Assembly (NCBI GenBank): GCA_964016885.1 | Contig: OZ024741.1 | Span: 225,742,001 to 225,806,000 of the forward strand | From: Eledone cirrhosa | Taxonomy: Eukaryota | Direction of reading: 5' to 3' | Length of the DNA: 64,000 nucleotides | Shown here: positions 39,802-50,743 of the stretch, piece after piece | How positions within the stretch are numbered: position 1 is the stretch's first letter | Layout: every line of letters begins with the position of its first letter | The notes under the pieces: generated by a model | What the model was told of the DNA's origin: nothing | The model's database searches: none | What the model saw: only the letters and a program-made list of their open reading frames with translations | Translations under genes and position numbers: made by a program

Positions 39802-42800
39802 TTTTCTCTTTCTCTTAATTTCGAGTATATTTTTTTGACCGGCCACCTTCCTGGTGGCAAGGTTGTAAAAGAAAAGAAATTGTCATCCCTTGAATCGCAA
39901 GAATGTTTTGCATATTTTGAAGGTGCCAGCTATCGCAGCCATTTGTAGACTATGAATTAGGGAGCTGCGCTTTTTGTCCGCAAATCCAAGTTCGGTCATA
40001 CTTTGGTCCAAGCGGGTTGGTATATAACCCGTAGCACCAATAATGATGGGTATGAAGCTAAAGGTGTATCTTGGATATTGGATTTGTAAACTCCTCATCA
40101 ATGGTCCGTAGATGTCCTCCTTCTCCTGTATTTTTCTGACAACGTTTACATCAAGTGGGCAGCTGATCTCCACAACAGAACACGTTTTCAATGTGTGGTC
40201 CCAAACTACAATATCAGGCCGGTTGTGCTTTAATTTGGTGGCAGTTTTTATTTTCAGGTTCCACCAGTATTCCTTAGTGCCATCTGTCTCAATATATTCT
40301 TCCTCGTTTGTTGTTAATTTTGTTTTCCGAAGTGCGTTCCAGATAGTTCTAGCTATCCCATCGTGTCTCATGGGGAGGTAGTAGCGAGATGACATTCTTT
40401 CGCAGCTGGCAACAATGTGGCTTACATCCTCGATCTTTGTTTTACATAACCTACATTTATTGTCAGCTGCTGGCCCTCCTCTTTTGTGCAGCAGATATTT
40501 GGTAGGGAGTTCTTGTTCCTGTATTGCATAGAGATATCCCTCAAGGTGTGATGTCATAAACTTGTCGGAACTCCATGCCAGGCTTTTTGAGTGGTTTATC
40601 CCCTCTATGGTCTGTGTTTTACGCCTCAAGTATCCATGCACAACTTTCTCTGTAAATTGGTCAATTTTTTTTTCTTGTTTGAACATTGAATAGGATCTTC
40701 CGATTTCTCTGGGTGAGAGATTTATATCAGGCTTTATTCCATATCTCTCCTCCAGATCAGTCGCTATTCTAATGATATTTCTTTTTTCATGCTCATAAAC
40801 CTGAGCAAGATGGTCGCCAACCTTTTTCCTCTGTTGAAGGTGTTGCTTCAGTGTTACTATCCGGGTCTCATATGTTGTTAATATTGATTTTAGACCCCGG
40901 CCACCTTCCTTGCGTGAGAAGTATAGCCTATCCACATCACCATTGATGTTAAAGTTCCCAGTAACACTGAGAAGTTTACGAGTTCTAACATCCATCTCAC
41001 TTAGTTCTTGCAATGACCAGTTCAGTAGGCCAAATGTTGGCGTTATAATTGGCACAGCATAGGTATTGTGGGCAATGTATTTGTTGTATGCTGACAGTTC
41101 TGATGACCATATTTTTTTTACTCTTCTGAGGTATTCAGTTCTGGTTCTCTCCTTATTTATGGGTCCATCATATCTGACATTCTCATCCTGTCCAAGATAT
41201 CTGTAGTTGTCACCTGACTGCAGAGGTTGTATTGTCAGGCCGTTCATATCTAGATTTCTAGAGGAGGGCACAGCTCTTCCACGTTTTACTGCCAAATATG
41301 CACACTTGGACTCACCAAATTTCATTTTGATGTCGGTTGAAAATTGTGTAATGAGGTCCAATTGTTTCTTGATGTCATTGATATTTGGCCCATACAACTT
41401 CAGGTCATCAACAAAGAAAAGATGGGAGATACTTCTGGGCCCACTTCTTTGTCCACCTTGTTTCCTGAGTAGGTAAGATAGTGGATTCAGTGAGAGAACG
41501 AAGAGTAGTACTGACAAGCTATCACCCTGAAAGATGCCCTTCTGGTAATGTATCCTATCAGTCTTAACCTGCTCCTTCTCACCTCTAAGGATCAAATTGG
41601 TGTACCAGTTCTTGGTCAGGCGTTCAACAGCAGCTACTAATGGTTGTGGGACTTTAGCTAACTGTAAAGCCTTAATAATCCACCCATGAGGTACACTATC
41701 AAATGCTTTTTGATAGTCCAGCCACACGACAGTCATGTTTCTGCGATTCTTTGTTGTTTTTTCCTGAATCATTTTGTTAGTTAGTAGGTGATCTATGCAA
41801 CCCCACACCTCCCTCTTTCCACCAGCTTGCTCAGGTGTTATGATGTTGTTGGTAGCACAGTGATCCTGTAAGAACAGGTTAAGGCACCCAGTATATAATT
41901 TATACATGATGTTTTGGCAGGCAATTGGGCGGTAATTTTTAGCAAGGGTGGTTTGGCTATTTTTGGGAATGAGGAGAGTAGTGGCAGTTGATAACCATCT
42001 GGGCAGTTCTTGTGTGCCCTTAATGGTTTCTGTAAACAGCCGTATAAGATCTTGCCGATAGAAAGTGAAATTCTTCAACCAGTATCCTGTAATGAGGTCT
42101 GGGCCTGGCGATTTCCTATTCGACATTTTCTGTAGAGCTGTTTCCAGTATTGACCCATCTATGTCATATTGTTTTGTCTGGACATGTTGGCAGTAGTCCT
42201 GTTCCAGTTGTTTTAGCCAATTAGCTTGTCTGTTGAATCCGTCATCCGTTTCCCATACAGATCTCCAGTAGTTCTCAACCTGTTCTTTTGAAGGGGTGTC
42301 GTTTACAGGGATTGAGCTTTTGCCACCGAAGCTGCGATAAACTGATTTAGGATCTCTGGCAAACAATCTATTTAGCACTTGTCGTTTATGGGCTGTTGAC
42401 TTATATTTTAGTCTTTCTGTTGTAGCTGTGAGTTGTTGTTTCAACTGGTGTAATTTGGAGTTCAAAGTTTTAAATTTGGTATCTCCAAATCGTCTCTCTA
42501 ACTTTTTCTTTAGGTCTTCCTGGTGTCGTGTGAAGTTTCTCTCTATGTTGCATTTCATAACGACTGCGATGTGTGAGATACTTCGTCTCAGGGACAAAAT
42601 TTTGGTTTTTAAATTTCGCATCCACGCTGGTTCAGGCTTTCTGTTTGTATCTTGATTGCGTGGTTTTAGATGTGTGTTATATGATAGCAATGTGACAGCT
42701 GAAACATATAACAAAACATTGAGCGTTTCAAATGTCGTTTCTACACCTTTAGATCGTATAGCCTTCAGATAATTGCCAGCTATTTCGTTCACCGCTTCCA

Positions 42801-43470
42801 ATTCCAATTTAGTGGGTTCTTTACTGACTCTAGTGTTGTATGGTCTGTCACTCACATTAAGGCTGTGTATCTCTTGAAACATATCGTTCCATATCACTTG
42901 TAGGGTGCCCACAAGTTTTTGGTGCTCTGTTTGTTCAGTAGAGTCATGAATTGCAGCCTCGTTGTTGATGTGGTGACAATTACTACTAGAGTCAGCTGAC
43001 CTTTCTCGCTGTTCTTCAGTGGAAGTGGGATGGATTTCAGCAAAATTGTTGGTGAGCTGTTCACTGTTAGATTTAGCCGGCCATTCTCTTTGTCTGTCAG
43101 TGGAGGTGGGGTGGTTGTCTACAAGGGCTGTATTTGTAGTATCACTCGATTCCGTTAGATGTATCAATTTACATCTAATGATACGTTTTGCCTGTTCATT
43201 TAGATGCTTTGGAGAAAAGTCTAATTCTGGGTGTTTGGAGTTCCATAAAGTTTTTAGCCTTTGCATAAAACCGAACTTTTGGGGTTCAGATTGTTTGTAT
43301 GCTTCATATAATTCTTTGTTAAGCTCGTAGCTCCACTGTATACAACGGTTGTAATTGCGATTTGGTCGAAGGAGACTTGTACTTTTTGCCATGATGAGTT
43401 CGTCTATTCACTAATATTTTGTATTTATTTTTTTTAAATAGTCGATGATCTTCTTTAAAAGTTACGACAA
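39802..43470 (-). mobile_element. R4/Dong-clade non-LTR retrotransposon, copy 1 (5'UTR truncated, ORF intact) in (TACA)n
   Basis: (TATG)n on both sides, single ORF. Confidence 0.93.
39883..43392 (-). CDS. 1169-aa reverse transcriptase + CCHC finger + restriction-like (PD-D/ExK) endonuclease
   Basis: KSPGPD, NYRPIAC, WLDYQKAFDSVPH, GIFQGDSLS, HLFFVDDLKLY, YRYLG, GGRGL, CRLC...HIVASC, RHD, NRPDIVVWD...VEISCP...KEDIY. Confidence 0.95.
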   Translation of the reverse strand: MAKSTSLLRPNRNYNRCIQWSYELNKELYEAYKQSEPQKFGFMQRLKTLWNSKHPELDFSPKHLNEQAKRIIRCKLIHLTESSDTTNTALVDNHPTSTDRQREWPAKSNSEQLTNNFAEIHPTSTEEQRERSADSSSNCHHINNEAAIHDSTEQTEHQKLVGTLQVIWNDMFQEIHSLNVSDRPYNTRVSKEPTKLELEAVNEIAGNYLKAIRSKGVETTFETLNVLLYVSAVTLLSYNTHLKPRNQDTNRKPEPAWMRNLKTKILSLRRSISHIAVVMKCNIERNFTRHQEDLKKKLERRFGDTKFKTLNSKLHQLKQQLTATTERLKYKSTAHKRQVLNRLFARDPKSVYRSFGGKSSIPVNDTPSKEQVENYWRSVWETDDGFNRQANWLKQLEQDYCQHVQTKQYDIDGSILETALQKMSNRKSPGPDLITGYWLKNFTFYRQDLIRLFTETIKGTQELPRWLSTATTLLIPKNSQTTLAKNYRPIACQNIMYKLYTGCLNLFLQDHCATNNIITPEQAGGKREVWGCIDHLLTNKMIQEKTTKNRRNMTVVWLDYQKAFDSVPHGWIIKALQLAKVPQPLVAAVERLTKNWYTNLILRGEKEQVKTDRIHYQKGIFQGDSLSVLLFVLSLNPLSYLLRKQGGQRSGPRSISHLFFVDDLKLYGPNINDIKKQLDLITQFSTDIKMKFGESKCAYLAVKRGRAVPSSRNLDMNGLTIQPLQSGDNYRYLGQDENVRYDGPINKERTRTEYLRRVKKIWSSELSAYNKYIAHNTYAVPIITPTFGLLNWSLQELSEMDVRTRKLLSVTGNFNINGDVDRLYFSRKEGGRGLKSILTTYETRIVTLKQHLQQRKKVGDHLAQVYEHEKRNIIRIATDLEERYGIKPDINLSPREIGRSYSMFKQEKKIDQFTEKVVHGYLRRKTQTIEGINHSKSLAWSSDKFMTSHLEGYLYAIQEQELPTKYLLHKRGGPAADNKCRLCKTKIEDVSHIVASCERMSSRYYLPMRHDGIARTIWNALRKTKLTTNEEEYIETDGTKEYWWNLKIKTATKLKHNRPDIVVWDHTLKTCSVVEISCPLDVNVVRKIQEKEDIYGPLMRSLQIQYPRYTFSFIPIIIGATGYIPTRLDQSMTELGFADKKRSSLIHSLQMAAIAGTFKICKTFLRFKG

Positions 43471-43600
43471 TGTATGTATGTATGTATGTATGTATGTATG
43501 TATGTATGTATGCATGTATGTATGTATGTATGTATGTATGTATGTATGTGTGTATGTATGTATGCATGTATGTATGTATGTATGTATGTATGTATGTATG

Positions 43601-43747
43601 TTCTTCTGCTTTTATAATTTCACAAAGTTTTCCCAATAGAAAGAGAGTCGGTTTCTAACATAGACACAAGACTCTCTCATTGGAATTTACACAACATCAA
43701 CTAGGTAGATATGTATGTACCCATGCATGTGTAGATATGGATGTTAT

Positions 43748-43779
<32 letters not shown>

Positions 43780-44325
43780 TGTATGTATGTATGTATGTAT
43801 GTATGTATGTATGTATGTATGTGTGTATGTATGTATGCATGTATGTATGTATGTATGTATCTATGTATGCTTGTATGTATGTATGTATGTTCTTCTGGTT
43901 TTATAATTTCACAAAGTTTTCCCAATAGAAAGAGAGTCGGTTTCTAACATAGACACAAGACTCGCTCATTGGAATTTACACAACATCAACTAGGTAGATA
44001 TGTATGTACCCATGCATGTGTAGATATGGATGTTATTATATGTGTGGTATGTATGTATGTATGTATGTATGTATGTATGTATTATGTATGTATGTATGTA
44101 TGTATGTATGTATGTATGTATGTATGTATGTATGTATGTGTGTATGTATGTATGCATGTATGTATGTATGTATGTATGTTCTTCTGGTTTTATAATTTCA
44201 CAAAGTTTTCCCAATAGAAAGAGAGTCGGTTTCTAACATAGACACAAGACTCGCTCATTGGAATTTACACAACATCAACTAGGTAGATATGTATGTACCC
44301 ATGCATGTGTAGATATGGATGTTAT

Positions 44326-44330
<5 letters not shown>
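43601..44330 (-). repeat. Three serial ~150-bp R4/Dong 3' fragments separated by (TATG)n
   Basis: Copies start at 43601, 43890 and 44179 (289-bp period). Confidence 0.85.
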
Positions 44331-44357
<27 letters not shown>

Positions 44358-44391
44358 TGTATGTATGTATGTATTTTAGATCATATGTATG

Positions 44392-44640
44392 TATGTATTT
44401 TAGATCATTGGCTGGGCTAAAAAGCCACATTCGATCGCAGCGCTGTTAACTGCTATCGTTTGTGTGTGTGTGTATAGATATGTTTATGTGTGTGCGTGTG
44501 TGTGTGTGTATATATATGTATATTATTATTGTTGTTTTTGTCGTTATTATTATTGTTGTTATTATTATTATTATTGTTATTATTATGTTTTTTTTTCTCG
44601 TGCAATGGCCATACTCGATAATGAGGGGGCACCATTATGT
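44392..44640 (+). mobile_element. 3' fragment of the RTE LINE
   Basis: FRSLAGLKSHIRSQRC* plus 3'UTR, matching 31220-31590. Confidence 0.85.
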
Positions 44641-44716
44641 ATGTATGTATGTATGTATGTATGTATGTATGTATGTATGTATGTATGTATGTATGTATGT
44701 ATGTATGTATGTATGT

Positions 44717-45320
44717 CAGGTCACCAGTTGGTGCTACTGGTAATATGTATCCCAGTACAACCTGTCTCATGGTCGGGTCATTGGCGACTAAACTGGCAAC
44801 CCCACCAAGGTTTCTTGGTGACGAGGGTGACTTTGGACATCCTGCAGGACTAAAAACAAAACCTGTCAAAGGGCAAAGGAACTCTTAAGAGTCAATGGCC
44901 ATCCAAAATCACCGGGAGAGATGACCCCTTAGCCTTTGTCAAGGCAGAATTCTAGGAAAAGCAAAACTCTGATATAACACCTGCAACCCTGATGGTATCC
45001 AATGATGTTGACTTGTTCTTCTTTTTGGTAAATATCATCTTGGTTAAGAGAGTGGGACTGGCTTTGTGCAGTGCCTTTGCTCACTATAAAAGCTTCACGG
45101 CACAGGCATTGCTTTATATCTGGAGATCTCTGCACTTGTCGTCACATGGTACCATGGGCCCAGCACTATGTGTCAATAGTTGTCACAAGTGTAGTGTTTG
45201 TACCAGAGTTTTCAAGTCGCTGGCTGGACTAAAAAGTCACACTCGTTCAGCGCATCGGTAGGGGTTCTCCTACACGGATTTAAAGTAGTGGCCGTACTCG
45301 AAAACGAGTTGGCAGCCACC
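44717..45320 (+). mobile_element. Apparently full-length (~600 bp) RTE-derived bipartite non-autonomous element
   Basis: Longest copy. Structured 5' end, zinc-finger-derived 3' end (CSVCTRVFKSLAGLKSHTRSAH), (ATGT)n tail. Confidence 0.78.
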
Positions 45321-45435
45321 ATGTATGTATGTATGTATGTATTTAAGTATGTATGATTGTTAGCATGTATATTTGTAAGTTTGTAACTATGTATATATCT
45401 ATGTAAGTATGTATGTACATATGTATGTATGTATG

Positions 45436-48400
45436 TTTTCTCTTTCTCTTAATTTCGAGTATATTTTTTTGACCGGCCACCTTCCTGGTGGCAAGGTTGT
45501 AAAAGAAAAGAAATTGTCATCCCTTGAATCGCAAGAATGTTTTGCATATTTTGAAGGTGCCAGCTATCGCAGCCATTTGTAGACTATGAATTAGGGAGCT
45601 GCGCTTTTTGTCCGCAAATCCAAGTTCGGTCATACTTTGGTCCAAGCGGGTTGGTATATAACCCGTAGCACCAATAATGATGGGTATGAAGCTAAAGGTG
45701 TATCTTGGATACTGGATTTGTAAGCTCCTCATCAATGGTCCGTAGATGTCCTCCTTCTCCTGTATTTTTCTGACAACTTTTACATCAAGTGGGCAGCTGA
45801 TCTCCACAACAGAACACGTTTTCAATGTGTGGTCCCAAACTACAATATCAGGCCGGTTGTGCTTTAATTTGGTGGCAGTTTTTATTTTCAGGTTCCACCA
45901 GTATTCCTTAGTGCCATCTGTCTCAATATATTCTTCCTCGTTTGTTGTTAATTTTGTTTTCCGAAGTGCGTTCCAGATAGTTCTAGCTATCAGATCGTGT
46001 CTCATGGGGAGGTAGTAGCGAGATGACATTCTTTCGCAGCCGGCAACAATGTGGCTTACATCCTCGATCTTTGTTTTACATAGCCTACATTTATTGTCAG
46101 CTGCTGGCCCTCCTCTTTTGTGCAGCAGATATTTGGTAGGGAGTTCTTGTTCCTGTATTGCATAGAGATATCCCTCAAGGTGTGATGTCATAAACTTGTC
46201 GGAACTCCATGCCAGGCTTTTTGAGTGGTTTATCCCCTCTATGGTCTGTGTTTTACGCCTCAAGTATCCATGCACAACTTTCTCTGTAAATTGGTCAATT
46301 TTTTTTTCTTGTTTGAACATTGAATAGGATCTTCCGATTTCTCTGGGTGAGAGATTTATATCAGGCTTTATTCCATATCTCTCCTCCAGATCAGTCGCTA
46401 TTCTAATGATATTTCTTTTTTCATGCTCATAAACCTGAGCAAGATGGTCGCCAACCTTTTTCCTCTGTTGAAGGTGTTGCTTCAGTGTTACTATCCGGGT
46501 CTCATATGTTGTTAATATTGATTTTAGACCCCGGCCACCTTCCTTGCGTGAGAAGTATAGCCTATCCACATCACCATTGATGTTAAAGTTCCCAGTAACA
46601 CTGAGAAGTTTACGAGTTCTAACATCCATCTCACTTAGTTCTTGCAATGACCAGTTCAGTAGGCCAAATGTTGGCGTTATAATTGGCACAGCATAGGTAT
46701 TGTGGGCAATGTATTTGTTGTATGCTGACAGTTCTGATGACCATATTTTTTTTACTCTTCTGAGGTATTCAGTTCTGGTTCTCTCCTTATTTATGGGTCC
46801 ATCATATCTGACATTCTCATCCTGTCCAAGATATCTGTAGTTGTCACCTGACTGCAGAGGTTGTATTGTCAGGCCGTTCATATCTAGATTTCTAGAGGAG
46901 GGCACAGCTCTTCCACGTTTTACTGCCAAATATGCACACTTGGACTCACCAAATTTCATTTTGATGTCGGTTGAAAATTGTGTAATGAGGTCCAATTGTT
47001 TCTTGATGTCATTGATATTTGGCCCATACAACTTCAGGTCATCAACAAAGAAAAGATGGGAGATACTTCTGGGCCCACTTCTTTGTCCACCTTGTTTCCT
47101 GAGTAGGTAAGATAGTGGATTCAGTGAGAGAACGAAGAGTAGTACTGACAAGCTATCACCCTGAAAGATGCCCTTCTGGTAATGTATCCTATCAGTCTTA
47201 ACCTGCTCCTTCTCACCTCTAAGGATCAAATTGGTGTACCAGTTCTTGGTCAGGCGTTCAACAGCAGCTACTAATGGTTGTGGGACTTTAGCTAACTGTA
47301 AAGCCTTAATAATCCACCCATGAGGTACACTATCAAATGCTTTTTGATAGTCCAGCCACACGACAGTCATGTTTCTGCGATTCTTTGTTGTTTTTTCCTG
47401 AATCATTTTGTTAGTTAGTAGGTGATCTATGCAACCCCACACCTCCCTCTTTCCACCAGCTTGCTCAGGTGTTATGATGTTGTTGGTAGCACAGTGATCC
47501 TGTAAGAACAGGTTAAGGCACCCAGTATATAATTTATACATGATGTTTTGGCAGGCAATTGGGCGGTAATTTTTAGCAAGGGTGGTTTGGCTATTTTTGG
47601 GAATGAGGAGAGTAGTGGCAGTTGATAACCATCTGGGCAGTTCTTGTGTGCCCTTAATGGTTTCTGTAAACAGCCGTATGAGATCTTGCCGATAGAAAGT
47701 GAAATTCTTCAACCAGTATCCTGTAATGAGGTCTGGGCCTGGCGATTTCCTATTCGACATTTTCTGTAGAGCTGTTTCCAGTATTGACCCATCTATGTCA
47801 TATTGTTTTGTCTGGACATGTTGGCAGTAGTCCTGTTCCAGTTGTTTTAGCCAATTAGCTTGTCTGTTGAATCCGTCATCCGTTTCCCATACAGATCTCC
47901 AGTAGTTCTCAACCTGTTCTTTTGAAGGGGTGTCGTTTACAGGGATTGAGCTTTTGCCACCGAAGCTGCGATAAACTGATTTAGGATCTCTGGCAAACAA
48001 TCTATTTAGCACTTGTCGTTTATGGGCTGTTGACTTATATTTTAGTCTTTCTGTTGTAGCTGTGAGTTGTTGTTTCAACTGGTGTAATTTGGAGTTCAAA
48101 GTTTTAAATTTGGTATCTCCAAATCGTCTCTCTAACTTTTTCTTTAGGTCTTCCTGGTGTCGTGTGAAGTTTCTCTCTATGTTGCATTTCATAACGACTG
48201 CGATGTGTGAGATACTTCGTCTCAGGGACAAAATTTTGGTTTTTAAATTTCGCATCCACGCTGGTTCAGGCTTTCTGTTTGTATCTTGATTGCGTGGTTT
48301 TAGATGTGTGTTATATGATAGCAATGTGACAGCTGAAACATATAACAAAACATTGAGCGTTTCAAATGTCGTTTCTACACCTTTAGATCGTATAGCCTTC

Positions 48401-49347
48401 AGATAATTGCCAGCTATTTCGTTCACCGCTTCCAATTCCAATTTAGTGGGTTCTTTACTGACTCTAGTGTTGTATGGTCTGTCACTCACATTAAGGCTGT
48501 GTATCTCTTGAAACATATCGTTCCATATCACTTGTAGGGTGCCCACAAGTTTTTGGTGCTCTGTTTGTTCAGTAGAGTCATGAATTGCAGCCTCGTTGTT
48601 GATGTGGTGACAATTACTACTAGAGTCAGCTGACCTTTCTCGCTGTTCTTCAGTGGAAGTGGGATGGATTTCAGCAAAATTGTTGGTGAGCTGTTCACTG
48701 TTAGATTTAGCCGGCCATTCTCTTTGTCTGTCAGTGGAGGTGGGGTGGTTGTCTACAAGGGCTGTATTTGTAGTATCACTCGATTCCGTTAGATGTATCA
48801 ATTTACATCTAATGATACGTTTTGCCTGTTCATTTAGATGCTTTGGAGAAAAGTCTAATTCTGGGTGTTTGGAGTTCCATAAAGTTTTTAGCCTTTGCAT
48901 AAAACCGAACTTTTGGGGTTCAGATTGTTTGTATGCTTCATATAATTCTTTGTTAAGCTCGTAGCTCCACTGTATACAACGGTTGTAATTGCGATTTGGT
49001 CGAAGGAGACTTGTACTTTTTGCCATGATGGGTTCGTCTATTCACTAATATTTTGTATTTATTTTTTTTAAATAGTCGATGATCTTCTTTAAAAGTTACG
49101 ACAAAGTTCTGTCAGAATCAAATTTAAAGTTATTCACAGCTTGGGTAATATTTCTTTTCAGTTAGTTTTTAATTCTACAACTGTGTTTTAAACGTTGTTC
49201 TTGAATCGTTTGAATCGAGAACAAAAAGAACCGTTACTTAGTATATTCCTTTACGAATGTAATATAATATAACAATGCTGTATTTATATGTTAAAGTTTA
49301 TGTATCATTCATATAAATAGGTGTTCTACAACATATTCACAACATTC
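45436..49347 (-). mobile_element. R4/Dong-clade non-LTR retrotransposon, copy 2 (longer 5'UTR, probably full length) in (TACA)n
   Basis: Same 3' junction as copy 1, ~320-bp 5'UTR, (TATG)n on both sides. Confidence 0.93.
45517..49026 (-). CDS. 1169-aa RT + CCHC + restriction-like endonuclease
   Basis: Differs from copy 1 at only three residues that I could see (VASC/VAGC, RHDG/RHDL, DVNV/DVKV). Confidence 0.95.
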   Translation of the reverse strand: MAKSTSLLRPNRNYNRCIQWSYELNKELYEAYKQSEPQKFGFMQRLKTLWNSKHPELDFSPKHLNEQAKRIIRCKLIHLTESSDTTNTALVDNHPTSTDRQREWPAKSNSEQLTNNFAEIHPTSTEEQRERSADSSSNCHHINNEAAIHDSTEQTEHQKLVGTLQVIWNDMFQEIHSLNVSDRPYNTRVSKEPTKLELEAVNEIAGNYLKAIRSKGVETTFETLNVLLYVSAVTLLSYNTHLKPRNQDTNRKPEPAWMRNLKTKILSLRRSISHIAVVMKCNIERNFTRHQEDLKKKLERRFGDTKFKTLNSKLHQLKQQLTATTERLKYKSTAHKRQVLNRLFARDPKSVYRSFGGKSSIPVNDTPSKEQVENYWRSVWETDDGFNRQANWLKQLEQDYCQHVQTKQYDIDGSILETALQKMSNRKSPGPDLITGYWLKNFTFYRQDLIRLFTETIKGTQELPRWLSTATTLLIPKNSQTTLAKNYRPIACQNIMYKLYTGCLNLFLQDHCATNNIITPEQAGGKREVWGCIDHLLTNKMIQEKTTKNRRNMTVVWLDYQKAFDSVPHGWIIKALQLAKVPQPLVAAVERLTKNWYTNLILRGEKEQVKTDRIHYQKGIFQGDSLSVLLFVLSLNPLSYLLRKQGGQRSGPRSISHLFFVDDLKLYGPNINDIKKQLDLITQFSTDIKMKFGESKCAYLAVKRGRAVPSSRNLDMNGLTIQPLQSGDNYRYLGQDENVRYDGPINKERTRTEYLRRVKKIWSSELSAYNKYIAHNTYAVPIITPTFGLLNWSLQELSEMDVRTRKLLSVTGNFNINGDVDRLYFSRKEGGRGLKSILTTYETRIVTLKQHLQQRKKVGDHLAQVYEHEKRNIIRIATDLEERYGIKPDINLSPREIGRSYSMFKQEKKIDQFTEKVVHGYLRRKTQTIEGINHSKSLAWSSDKFMTSHLEGYLYAIQEQELPTKYLLHKRGGPAADNKCRLCKTKIEDVSHIVAGCERMSSRYYLPMRHDLIARTIWNALRKTKLTTNEEEYIETDGTKEYWWNLKIKTATKLKHNRPDIVVWDHTLKTCSVVEISCPLDVKVVRKIQEKEDIYGPLMRSLQIQYPRYTFSFIPIIIGATGYIPTRLDQSMTELGFADKKRSSLIHSLQMAAIAGTFKICKTFLRFKG

Positions 49348-49444
49348 ATGTATGTATGTATGTATGTATGTATGTATGTATGTATGTATGTATGTATGTA
49401 TGTATGTATGTATGTATGTATGTATGTATGCATGTATGTATGCA

Positions 49445-50230
49445 TTGTCTCTTTCTCGTAATTTTCAGTTTATTTTTCACCGGCAATCTTCCCGGAGGTA
49501 AAAATTGTAAAAAAACGAATATATTTGTTGTCTCTTGTGCAATAGCTCATGATTTGAATTGTAGTAATGTTTTATACATTTTGAAGGTTCCAGATATCGT
49601 GGCTTATGAATTAAGGAGATGCATTCTTTCTCCACCAATTCAGTTCCGTCATTATTTGGCCCAAGAGGATTGGTATGTATATTGAAGCTCCAATAATAAT
49701 TGTTTATACTTTTGGCACAAGGCCAGCAATATCCCAGTGTATTACTGGTACTTTATTTTATCGACCCCGTAAGGATGAAAGGCAAACTTAACCTCGGCGG
49801 GATTTGAACTCAGATGGTATAGGGCCGTAACTCTAGGCTGCAAAGCATGGCGTCCGTCCATCTACCGATACTGCCAATTTACCGCCCCATTGAAGCTCCA
49901 ATAATAATAGGTATGAAACCGAACGTGTATTTCGGGTAATGAATCTGTAAACTCAGCATCAATGGCTTTTAGATATTCTAATTGTCTAGTATTTTTCTTA
50001 CTACATAGACATCGAATGGGCAGCAACTATTTTCTACAATAGATCAAGTCTTTTATATGTGGTCCCAAACAACAAAAATATATGGCCAGTTCTGTGTTCA
50101 ATTTGATGAAGGTTTGTATTTTTAAATTCCAGTAATATTCCATATGTGTTGATATTTTCCTCTTCCGTAGGCGGCGAATTATTAAGGTCATTCGGAACTT
50201 CGGATAGTCCAATTTTATCTTTCAACATTT
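49445..50230 (-). mobile_element. Degenerate R4/Dong-type 3' fragment interrupted by a SINE
   Basis: EYYWNLKIQT..KL remnant and 3'UTR. Confidence 0.75.
49701..49888 (-). mobile_element. tRNA-derived Meta-like SINE with 20-bp TSD
   Basis: TSD attgaagctccaataataat at 49681-49700 and 49889-49908. Confidence 0.9.
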
Positions 50231-50743
50231 CACGAGTAGATACAGAATGTACCAGTAAGTTATTATGATCGATTCTTCTTTCTCACTTTTCCTTTCTCAG
50301 GAAAAAAATGAATTGTGGCCAAAGCAAGAGAGGGGTGGACACCACCTGAGTATTTAAGGGATCAATGATTATTGATATATATTTGTCGCTACTCTCTTTC
50401 TCTCACTCTCTCTCGCTATCTATGATGGAGTCTCCCATCCATATCCGACTAATGAATGTTCAACAAAGTTGAGGTGAACAAGTGAACAGAGTTTTGTTTT
50501 AAGTGGAGTTTGACGACACATATCGTCGGTGAAAATGTTTGCCACGGAAAATACGACGACAGCCCTCACCTTTTTATGATTCGCCCTTTGCCTGGTCTTG
50601 TATACCCCACAATGTGTCTAAATATCACGCTCCTGACCAAGAGAGAGAGTAGCAACAAATGTATATCAATAATCACTGATCCCATTAATACTTAGATGGT
50701 GTCTATCCCTCTCTTGCTTTGCCCACAATTGATAATTTATATA

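Noticed and set aside
43601-44330. Regularly spaced repeats resembling a CRISPR array
   Set aside because: The repeats are 150-bp LINE 3' ends, the spacers are microsatellite, there are no cas genes, and the context is eukaryotic.
44717-44880. HDV-like ribozyme at the RTE-derived 5' end (CTAA after small hairpins)
   Set aside because: I could not build P1/P1.1/P3 with a UCCUCG-type L3, so it is kept only as a structured RNA.
50310-50730. Fold-back with a possible HHR near 50503-50545
   Set aside because: The inverted arms are real, but the core (uUGACGA...GAAAaugu) is too degenerate to call.
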